Origin: Pocillopora damicornis
Lineage: Eukaryota
DNA length: 64,000 nucleotides
Assembly: GCF_003704095.1 (NCBI RefSeq)
Contig: NW_020847607.1
Location: 558,001 to 622,000 of the forward strand
Reading direction: 5' to 3'
Positions 13,701 to 24,238 of this stretch are shown here, piece after piece. The notes beneath the pieces were generated by a model. That model did no database searches and was not told where the DNA came from. It saw only the letters and a list, made by a program, of their open reading frames with translations. The first letter of the stretch is position 1. Each line of letters begins with the position of its first letter. The position numbers and the translations under genes were made by a program.

Positions 13701-15398
13701 CCGCTGTACTCACGGACGTCCTGTTTCTGAATTGTTTGCAGTTAACTCCTGTCACTTCTTCGCCATCACTCAATTCTCCACCTGTGTAGGAAGCTTCTGA
13801 AGTTTGCGACTCTTCGTTACTTTTAGCCACTCCAGTTGTTTTTTCAAAATTCCTTGTATCTTCATTTGGTGTGGGTTGCGCATCTTTTATAGTGTAATTC
13901 GCTCCACCCTCCTCTGTACCTCTCTCTGTATCTGTTGTTCTTACGGCTGGAGTGTTCACCACGTGCAAAAATAATCCGCGATTACTTCGAAGAAAGGCTG
14001 GATCGGTCAACTTCTCACTGGAAATCTTTGGCACTTGTAGATCGATAATTAAAAAAAATAGATAAAAAAATGAGGAGAAAGACAATCAAAGAAAGAGAGA
14101 AAAAAAAATGAAAAAGGAAAAAAAAAACAGTTCGTGTCAGAATCGAAGACTAAAGAGTTTCTAGAGCAGACGTTTCGAGCGTAAGCCCTGCGTCAAAGTG
14201 ATGACGAAGGTCTAACCAAATTTTCTTGTAATTCATGGTAACGCCGCATGGCTAATTATAACTTTCTCGCTGTTCAGTAAGACTCCTCCTCCTTCTCTTC
14301 CTCAAAAGCAATTATTACCAAACATACACTCAATATAACACAAATTAAAATATCATATTGACGTGGAGACGGCCTTTGAAATAACCTAATAAAGTTTTGC
14401 GTGAGGTTCCGAAACTGAAAATTAGAACTTCGATGCGGTATCGATCTTTTTTAGAAGTTTTGAGTTTTTCCTGTTATGTTATCGATGACGAAGAACAAAA
14501 CTGGTCAACAACGATGGTGTGTTTCATTTGGTTTTCGTTCTTGTTGATGGCTTTAGATATGTCTGGTAGTCAAATAATATATATCTATAATTCTATGGTA
14601 ATCTTTCTGAAGTAAAAAGTTCATCGGAAAATTTCTATTAACAAATCCCACCGAAACGAAAGGGAACTAGTGAATTAAGGGGGCAAGTTTCCAAAGAAAC
14701 TGTGGTGCTGCGTTGGTAGGAGGTTCTTAAAGATAAAGTGGTTTTATCAAATGGGTCGACAATAACGTAAAGAGTTTCTCTAAAGCTGAAGTTTCAGGCG
14801 TTAGCCCTTCGTCATTCGCTCTAACCTGTATCTCGGTTTCGTGTCCTGTGAAAGGACCTCCTTCATAAAAAATTTGAAGGCAGAAGGTTATATTTCCGTT
14901 TCATTCCTGTCACTATCACAATTGTAAAATTTTAAATTGACCTCTCCGAGGTTAAGATAGATCGAATACAATGATGTTTGACTATATTTTCAGTCCACGT
15001 CATTTAATAGGACATAGTGGAACCAGAAAGATGGAATCCCCTCGTAACTATCTTACCAAGCAATAAAAGTGAAATTTTTTAGATTTCCCAATATAAAATT
15101 TCAGTCATATCATTAATCTTGAATATGGGATTTATAACCTTAAGGTAAGATTTTTATAATACCTGAGTTCTTCGTTGTGGAACAATCCTGTTTGGAAACC
15201 TGGGCGTCCTTCGATCGAACTTCATCGACGATAAATGAAAAGAGAAGTTGTAACAANNNNNNNNNNNNNNNNNNNNNNNNNNNNNNNNNNNNNNNNNNNN
15301 NNNNNNNNNNNNNNNNNNNNNNNNNNNNNNNNNNNNNNNNNNNNNNNNNNNNNNNNAAACAACGCTCCTTTACGAAGTCCATTGCTTTTTCTTGTCAT
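4709..15398 (-). CDS. beta-1,4-N-acetylgalactosaminyltransferase 3/4-like (type II membrane, PA14 domain + glycosyltransferase domain), about 23 exons
   Basis: Exon translations match B4GALNT3/4 motifs in order: VNGHLNLHEWRGWCG (~13525-13619), RIFGYVHPP (~12863-12956), FAISSADGSELWLS (~12105-12207), YYVEVLQKQKYGQDHVEVA-W (~10985-11060), LPLCPYQPSY (~9300-9412), IVNVEAKDDPKKGTRYLLEL (~8156-8237), VKNYGPWI, DPNSIIFTADLH (6200-6274), FWEMMGYGLFGAYKSDW...WGGEDWDLMDR (5276-5402), last exon 4811-4709. First coding exon spans the N gap: MTRKSNGLRKGALF..(gap)..LLQLLFSFIV...KNS|gt at 15163, phase-compatible with the ~14035-13713 exon. The start (15398 or 15382) is uncertain because of the gap. Confidence 0.88.
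5490..5900. repeat. degenerate intronic minisatellite with AAGCGCGGGAAA core
   Basis: Recurring aagcgcgggaaa / aagcgcagaaa / aagcgcaggaaa at roughly 20-25 bp spacing. Confidence 0.65.
11121..11438 (+). mobile_element. tRNA-derived SINE, full length, with 10-bp target-site duplication
   Basis: A-box/B-box-like head (gtggttggtgcacttgactcc...gggttcgagacc), body and ...cagactttacc tail shared with other copies in the window. Flanked by GTTACCGAGG at 11111-11120 and 11439-11448. Confidence 0.85.
12370..12830. repeat. second AAGCGCGGGAAA-core minisatellite
   Basis: Same core and orientation as 5490-5900, in another intron of the same gene. Confidence 0.65.
13318..13503. repeat. local direct duplication of ~75 bp
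   Basis: ttatctYgttttccgaaagtcagtgtttaaaa...ctgatttctcatgctatga occurs at ~13321-13380 and ~13428-13487. Confidence 0.8.
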
Positions 15399-15612
15399 TA
15401 CATTCCAAACGTAAAGCTAGACAAAGAAAACAAAACATCGTAACAAGGGTGGGTGTAAGGGGGAAGCGAATAATTATGCATATGGGCAGGAAAAAATGAA
15501 GCGTCCAAAGACTTTTGCTATGGATTTTTCGTTAACTCCATTTTTTTCTCCTTTCATTGTTCTTCCTTCATCTTTTCTCTTAACTTTTGTTTTGTTTTCT
15601 TTAGAAATCTCT

Positions 15613-18600
15613 TTAGAAATCAAGATCATCATAGGAGATTGCGCCTGAAGCTCGCCTGGACACTGCAAAGATTTCACTCTCTTTCTCTGCCGGCTGGGTG
15701 TCGTAAAAACTTGCAAAGATCTTCGCTTTCCTTTTGGTAACTGGTTTGCGTTTGTTGTCAGCTTTCCATGACTGTTCAGCCCCGGCTCCCGAGTTAGATT
15801 TTTTTGTTGCAAGCCCCTGGTTTTTTCCTTTTTTGCTCTTCTTTCCCTTTTTGCTTTTCTTTTTGCTTTTCTTTGAAGTATTTGCTGCAATCTGTTGCGC
15901 CTCGGCTTTTGCCATCATGGCTAATTCTCTGTCCGAGACAGGAGGAAAAGTGCACGGGATTCTCTTTTGACTGATCTGCCACGGCATAAACAAGTTACAA
16001 TCTATAGCAACGTAGGTAATATCTCCCTCGGTGTAATTCGTTATACTAACAGGCGCCCGCGTTTTGTGAAGATCATACGAAGATTTTACAGACCTTGATT
16101 GCGAATGAACGCTTTTGTACAGACAAGCGTGGATCTCTCCTGCTTTGTGAGACAAAATGTAGTTGGCCTCAGGCAATCTCTTCAACGCTTGGAAAACCTG
16201 AAACACCGTTTTCATTCCCTGCGCCGGATTAAAACCCGTCCCTTGTTGAAGAATATCGTTGATGGAAAGTTCGTCAACTCGCAGCAGTTTTGAATTGTAA
16301 ACATTAATTCTGCCGCAAATGATTCTGGTGTTCTGGCGAATGTAGCTATTTAGCCAAAACCGCCCAGCCTCACTGTGCGACAATTTTTCGTGACCGAAGT
16401 TAGGTTGGTATTCGAGCTTTGGAAGTACACTGTAAAAAGTGTAACACTTTGGTTTATTTTGTTCTTCTCTGTAGGCATCCACACTGCAACGTATCAAGAC
16501 TTTTAACTTTCCGAATCTCCACAGATTATAAACGAAGAATTTTTCATCGTTGTTCTTGCACGTTTCATTTACGTCGAGATTCTGAACTTTGGATTTCGAG
16601 GCACCATCAGACAGTTTTGATTTCTTCGCCTCAGAGCACTGCTTCTCTTCATCAGTAACTCGACGCTTTCGTCTTTCGGAAGTTGTTGCCACGCTGGAAG
16701 GACACTCTTTAATTCCAACATTTTCCTCCGCTCTTTCCACCTCCGTCATTTCAGTGCCACTTACACTGGAGCTTATAGTTCTTTCTCTGTCGCAATCACC
16801 TGTTTTATTTTCTTCGCTGTTTTTATGACACACTAACCTGCGCAAGGCACGCTTGTAAAACTTCACGTTAACATCACGAGGTGTGACCTTCTGTGGAGGA
16901 AAAGGCTTGTCGACAAACACCACTCTGTGAGTACAAATTTTTTCCTGGCCGCCTGTGCGAAAAAAAAAAGAAAAAAAAAGAAAGCAATTGCCATCGTATA
17001 AATAAATTTCGCAGCCTGCCATCAGATGTTACGTGTTCCAAAATTAAAGGGTGCTGTCTCGCATATTTTAAACACAATTCAGTCTATCGAATATGGCGTG
17101 TGGGAAAAACAACAAAGTGTTTACTCCCGATAACAATAACTGCGCACATTTTGTTGCTAATGAAGAAAAGCTTCACGAAATATACGAGTTGCTCCGGGTT
17201 AAGCCTCCAGAACATTTCTTATGTATCTTTCAAGCTCTCCAAACTTTCCACGTTCTTCGTATCTCGACAACGCAAGAACTAATTGTTTTCTGTAATTCGC
17301 AAGTGTTGCAACTCAGTTTTATACAAACCTTCTACTCGTTGAACAGAGACAGGCAGCTGCCACTGCCTGCCATAATCAGGAGGCTGATTATTCAAGAGAG
17401 TGTCCAGTCCACTTGATGAGATCACAATGTCAACTTTGTGCTTCTTGGCCAGACTGACAGCAATTGGGTCCTCACTCACAACCTGTGGGGGAGTGGGTGA
17501 GCAAGTGTACTTGAACAAAAGACTCCACAACATGTGCCATTTGTAAATTAACATCAAAAGCTAATACAGTTGAATTTAAGGAGAGTGCCCCTTTAACAAA
17601 CAGGTGCAAATGTAGGGTTTACAAGACATGACTGGGACCAAAAGTTTGTGTCTACCAATGAAAGGTACGTGCTAGAGTAATTTTCAATTGACTGCTGAAA
17701 GGAAGCAAGGATTACATTGATTGTACTTTGCTTCATTCTGTGATTCTTGCTACCCTGGGTAGGGAAGGGCCCTGTAGAAGTAACGTTTCTGATACCCAAG
17801 AACAAAAAGAACACCACTCTGAACCTCTCCAAATGAACTTCAACCTTTTGACATTGTGGTGCTCACAACTGCCCTCCCTTCCCTTCCCCCCAACCCAGTT
17901 TATAGTCATTCTCTTACTGAATACCTTGAAGGACTTGGCCTTTTCTTGCACTGACTTCTCTTCTGGAACAGTTAGCCCCACCTCCAATAGCATCATGTTT
18001 GTGTCTTCAGGCAAGGAAAGCTTTGGAATATTCCCCTGATTTAGGAAAAACACAAATCTACTCATTACTTGGAAATAGTTTAAGAAGGAGGAGGTTTTAA
18101 GGGGGGGGGGAAATAAACCAACTTCCTTCTTTAAGAGGGCACTACACCTGAGGTCAAAATGCTCTCCCTCGATACTGCCAAATCTCTTATAATCCCCAAA
18201 GGAGGCTAATTTCTTTCAATCATTTTTAACACATTTGATACCTTGCCTTAATGTTGCATTGGTTGATTGGGTGGGTAGGTAGGTAAAGTCTGTACTCAAA
18301 TCATGTGGCTAATCCAGACAGACCTTATCCTGCCTTCCTTAACATGAAGCAACTGGAAGTATTACTACCTCTCCCTGGATAGGATACCAGTCCAGTGCAT
18401 GATTTCACAAGCATTTCATTAAGCTTCCCCAACTATCCACTGGTACCCATTAATTCTCCTAAGTGAAGAGAGGCACAGTAAGAGTCAAGTGTCTTACCCA
18501 AGAACACAACACAATGACCAGGCCAGGTCTCAACCCTGACCTCTCAGCCCAGAGTCCTGTGCACCATGGGTTAGGCCACCATGTCTCCCACAAAATCTGA

Positions 18601-21180
18601 AATTTAAATCTATTACGTCTTGTCTCATACTTACCACTTGCAGTAGTGTTTGCTCAAAAGTGAGAACTGCATCTGATTTGAAAACAGCTCCAACAGATAA
18701 ACCAATGGTTTCATGCAAGGAATAGTAACGCTGCGTAAAAAGAACACAATTACTGGTTAAAACATGATATGTTTCATTCTCCTAAAAAAAATTGTCCTTG
18801 TAGTAAGATCTTCAAAACATCAAAAATTGAGGTAACTTACCTGGCACTTGTAGACCCTTTCTGTCAATCTTCCATCAATATCTACCTGAAGTACCATACA
18901 AACAGCAGGGGGTTATTGCCCATGGAATTATATACTATTAAGAACTATTCACTAGGAAAATTTGTGACCTCAAGTTTCTCTTTTTTTGTAACAAATTGTG
19001 TGATACTGAAACAAAGGTGAAGATTAAAGGGGGTAAGTTTCTACAGAAACTAGGGCAGGTGTTATTACAAGGTAATTTTGATTGGTTCCATCCACTGATT
19101 TTGATAATGTAAATTGGCCACCTTATAGAGTTTCTAAAACTGATATTTTGAGCATTAGTCCTTCATGAGCAAATTATGAAGGGGTAATGCCTGAAAATGC
19201 CAGCTTGAGAATTTCCTTACAGTTGCCAATTTACATTATCAACTTACCAGTATTTTGCAATTTTTCAGGTGCGTGAACACAAATCTGTATCATAATTTTA
19301 CAAATTCTGCTAATTTTTTTGTCATGGTTAATTAATTAACCCTCTCACTCTTAAGATCTCATTAATAATTCTCCCTACTGTCAACCATACAATTCTTATA
19401 ATGTTAGTTCAAAGAATTTGGAATTGAAACAACTAATAATCCCCTAATTGATATTTTTATTTATTTGTATCACTTTTCTACTTGATACTGTATTGATATT
19501 GTAAGGAGAAATTCTGTCTTGGTCACAAATGGGAGCTAAAGGGTTAAATTTCTCCTGTTATTACAGCTTCTTACCTTAAAGTCATCCCACACATCAGGGT
19601 GGACAAAGTTGTACAAGTGATGATTAGCTTTCGCATGGCTATGTACAAACTTTTGATATTCCTCTTGTTCTAGCAACACTGTATTCTTAATATCCTAGCA
19701 TGAAAAGTCCATTGAGGAACAGTGAGAAAGTTTTTTTTCCCACAGTTTACATAAGTAATATTGTTTATAAATGAATGTCACTTTGGATAAAGATTGTGAT
19801 GCTTTGAATACAATGCTCCTCTTTTTAAGGAGGTAGCTATTTGAAAGTCACAATGAAGGGTGAAAGCACTTAGAGTGTGAAGCAGAGTGATGGTCCTTGA
19901 CAAATTTTTATAATTTCAGAACTTCTTTTGCAATAAATATTCCCTGCTTTCCCTTCCCCCTCTAACCCACCAGCAACTACATTCAATGCTGCACTCCAGT
20001 AACAATGATATAAAAAAAAAATCAACATTACATCTCAACATTACATTAGCAGGGGGAGGAATAAGGGGAAGGGATGGTGAACTCAGATACAATGATGTAG
20101 GAAAGCAAATAAGGGTGCCATGACTTTTGCCACTTAACTGTTTAAACCCTAGTATATCAGTATGCAAATTCTCCATACTATACTCTATAAACTTCCCAAG
20201 GTGCTGACAAGGAGAATTTGCTCAACAATAGAAGTTTTAAAGGTTGGTGATCATTTCCTTTATTCTCATGATCTCAAATAATAATTAAGATGTATTGTTG
20301 TTAGGAGAAATTAGATGCTTGTCATCCTTAGAGTTTAAAGGGGCAAACAGTATAAAGTTGGCTGTGTTTGGTAAAATTTACTCCACTGTGACTGCTTTGT
20401 CTCGGTTTTTGCTATTTCAAAGATACATTGTTTTCTTCAAAGTCAGATCACCAAACAAAAAAAAAAAAGTATGCAATAATAACAAGTCGCATGTTTACAA
20501 ACCTGGACTGCTTTCATTTCTTGCAAATCAACTTTAGCCAGCTGACCAGATCTTAACATCTCCAACATCTCCACAAACATCTTCTGACTTTCAAGGCTGA
20601 CTTTTGACAAAACAGGGAATTCCACTGATGGACCCAAAAAAGCCGGGGCACTCTTAGCTCCACCTTTCTGAGCACCTTTGTTTCTGGTTCCTTTCTCAGT
20701 GATTGCAGAATCTTCCTGGATCCTTGAGATGGAGACATCTGCTTTCGTGTCATCGTGATTATATTCAACTTTTTTTTCTTGATCTTTTCCTGATTTTAGA
20801 TGCTTCTCTAGATACTCCACGAACGATGGGCGACAAGAGTATTTCTTGTAGTTTTCTTGAGTGAAAAACACCTCATCTTGCAACTGACGTGTAGGAGACA
20901 ATGATTTCCTAAAATTTTTAACATAAAAATAGACAATTGGTTGTACTTAGAAGCACTACAAGCATATATTCCAAAGTAAATATCTTGTTCATGCCTTACG
21001 TTTATTACACGTTTATTCTTTTAATAAATCCAATTGAACGACATCAAAAACATCTCGCTTAACTTTGAGATAAATTTTTGTCTGACATAAAAGCGCGTCG
21101 AGGTGAGCGATATTTTTCACCCGTTTATGCTGTAAAACTACATAATAGCTTTCCCTATCTTCTTACTGTTTGTTCTCCAT
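15613..21180 (-). CDS. ICE2: little elongation complex subunit 2 (NARG2_C domain), 8 coding exons
   Basis: Exons ~21180-21167, 20908-20503, 19694-19575, 18885-18841, 18730-18635, 18036-17926, 17482-17329, 16952-15613 splice in frame. VFFTQENYKKYS near the N-terminus, W-x-LPV and VFVDKPFP motifs, and C-terminal YNLWRFGKLKVLIRC / LPKLEYQP / YILSHKAGE resemble ICE2/NARG2. Confidence 0.85.
18280..18590 (-). mobile_element. SINE copy
   Basis: Reverse complement of the same family (aaagtctg...catgaagc...ggtacccat...gtgtcttacccaagaacacaacacaatgacc). Confidence 0.75.
19336..19547. mobile_element. MITE copy of the same family
   Basis: ttaaccctctcactc ... gggagctaaagggttaa termini. Confidence 0.78.
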
Positions 21181-21279
21181 ATTCCACAGTTGAGGTACAA
21201 AGGCGCTGTTAAAGTAATCGTTCGCTTCACATTTCGTCCACCATATTGGAATCCGAGAAAGATTAGTGACTAGTGTCAA

Positions 21280-21570
21280 AGCGATAGACTACGAGAACAG
21301 ACGGAACTTTCCGAAATCGTAAGGAAGCATTCGGAATCAAACGATAGCCTCCGGAATAGAGAAACAGCTTTTAAAATCAGACGAAAGCGTCCGAATTAGG
21401 ACGATAGCTTCCAAAATAAGCCGACAGTGTCCGAAATTGGACGAGAGAGTGCGAAAATGTACGATAGCGTCCGAAATCGCAAGAAAGCGTCTGAAATAGG
21501 CCAGAAGCGTCTGAAGATGGAGGCATCTGACATCCGAAGTTGGACGATAACGTCCGAAACCAGTCCAAAA
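21280..21570. repeat. 21-bp tandem minisatellite (consensus ACGATAGCGTCCGAAATCGGA), about 13 units
   Basis: Visible 21-nt periodicity of acgaNagcgtccgaaat, immediately upstream of ICE2. Confidence 0.85.
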
Positions 21571-24238
21571 AGTTATGACCAAACAGAAAAAGATCTCATT
21601 ATCCTCACATGTTAACCTGCGAGTATATGTAGGCTTTCATGGGCGCTGCTACTCTTGCAACATTCTCGCAAAGTGCACGAGAGTCTAACTGGCCCGCTCA
21701 AAGGGCTACTTTGCTCGCCCGCAGTAGGTCTACGAATTACGAAGAGGACACCTCATACAACTATTGCAGACTTTGCGTGAACCTCGTCAGGTGTTTTTGA
21801 CTGAACAGCGCCAAATAAGGGGGGCTCACATGTCATCCAACTCATATGTCTCCGGATGGTACCAAGAGATTGGATTCCCATTTGATGCCTTTGCGGCTGT
21901 TCTAGGGCGCTGTCTCGAGAAATTCACTTCATTCCACTGTTTAACATCGCGAGTCAGGCGCTGTCGCGTCGACGTTTTCGCCGAGACATCTCTCTTAGTA
22001 GGTAAGTATGTGCTAGTGGCTGATATTAGGCACTAAAAGAATTGACTTAAGATATTTTCCGTTCAACATAGTCATTGATATTTTTAGGAAAGCACAGATG
22101 TGTTGAGCTTCAAATGATACCCGGAAGTTGTATTTTCTTTTCCTTCTTGTCTTGGTCGATAGCGTCAATTTTAGGAGCTAAAACAAGGGTTTTAGTACTG
22201 ATTAGCGAGGGTAAAAGCACGCCAAATGCGCTTGCTTTTGTCCATCGCTTTCGTCGGTGCTTTAGCTCACAATAATCAGTCCTTATCTCGTGTCAGCAAG
22301 GGTATTCACAAAAGCTGAGTACATTACGTATTTTCGCTCCTGAAGTGCCGAGTAACGTGCTGGTTTTACCAACTGTCGTATTTGATGGATGAACAGTTCA
22401 ATACAACTTTCCTTGGTGAACACAAGAAAGGATATTCTCTCTTGTTGAACATTATGACGATTTATCGCTTGTACTCCCGCTTCAAAGAGTGTTGCGTCTC
22501 AATGAAAACAATCGTCTAAGTTAGATGCAATGAATTTGATTGTTAATACAAAACTGCTATTGAAATTCACATAAACCAAAATGATTCTCTTTTTGCTCAA
22601 ATCTGTGCAAATTTATCATTAGAATTAAAAAATCATCGCAAATGGATGTCACAGAATGGAAATATTTTCTGTCGGTAGAATTCATGTTGCTGCTAGAGTT
22701 AAAAATTGTCGTGAGTTTAGCGTAGGACGGAATCTTTGGTGTATATCATTATGTTCTCGCCCTATTCGTCTAGCTATTATAATTGCGTACGTCCAGGCAC
22801 AGCAAAAAATTGTACCTTCAAAGAGATACCCGAATAAACACACAGGAAGCATTGTTAGACAGTCAATAGAAAATTAAATATACGCTTCATTTATGAATAA
22901 TTGCAGCTGAACGTTTAGAAATACAGGGGTAAGCACAAAGTTCTTCCAGCGAACATGAAATTAAAATCACAAAATGGTTCAGTTTACACTATAGTGTAAC
23001 AAAATTTCGTCATGTTGTCCCACGATCTCTGAATGACTAAGGGCTTCCTTGTCACTGATACACACTGACTCTGTGCCCCTGCTGATATAACACTATACTG
23101 ATTGTATTTATAAATAACCCTAGCGTGACACGAGTGACATTTAGCTGTCTAGAGATTTGTTTGGTTCGGTCAATTTTTGCTAAACTTATTTACACGCTAC
23201 CATAACAACATTCATAAAATTATGATGCATAAAAATCAGGGCACAGTGTTTCTGTGTGAATTAGCTAATGAGTTTATTTACTAGCTAGCTAGGGTAATAA
23301 TTATGTCACGTAAGAAATTATTTCGATGAGACATCCACAGTAGCTTACGACCTTAAACAACCACGGCAGCGACGGCAACAAGGAAGTGGAAGAACGACCA
23401 AGATCTAATGAGCAAAACAATAGCTCGGCACTTGTGCTTTTAGGAAAAACTTTGTGCATTTCCTAGCAAATCAGAATAAAAAAGTAAAAGAGTGAACTCA
23501 GGATGAAGTTTCCTTCCAAAACTGTTGAGGAAAAAAAAGTCTTCCACAGGAAGTCGACAAAATAGTACAAAATAGCATCCTATGTATGTATGAAATTCTG
23601 ATGGACACTCCATATTAATTAACTTTTGACTGACTGCGAGCCAAATGTTTCTTCACTTTCACAAGGAATTTCGCGATGCTTTGATGTCTTTATAAAGCCC
23701 AATTCACAGTCGCTTGATATTTGCATGATATTGCGGTAAGCCTCGTTTACAAAGTTCTTTCGCAAACTTGTGCAAGTCTTATGCCGAGATATGTAAACAA
23801 TACCGCTCACTTCGCGTATGGAAAAATAAAAGGGGAAATGTTGCACGTTCATGCCACAAGACAGTCAAGGGTTTCCCAAGATCGCGCACATTTCAAACGA
23901 CTCAAAACGTAGTGTTTCGGCTAAATTTTGAGACTCGCGTTTTGAATGGAAAAATACAATGAAAGAACCTAAGTAAATCTTGGATTTGAATGGATCAGTG
24001 ACTGGGAGAACATGTGATTCAAAACGGAATGAAAGTGAAGAATTCAATTAGAGGACGTATTTCCTAATGGTAGTGAGGTTTTTTTAAACACGAAGTCTTA
24101 ACCGCACAGTAAATCCGTAAATGTAATGAATTCCAAATGCTCCTATCCTTTTTCGAGGTATGAAATTGCCCTTCATTATCATTTTGACTATTTTAAGATT
24201 TATTCATTTAGTTTGTTGTACGATAACTTCTCCTTCAG

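Noticed and set aside
15474-16828. ORFs overlapping the last ICE2 exon (15474-15890, 15734-15970, 16589-16828 and others)
   Set aside because: Alternate-frame or antisense shadows of a long, low-complexity coding exon.
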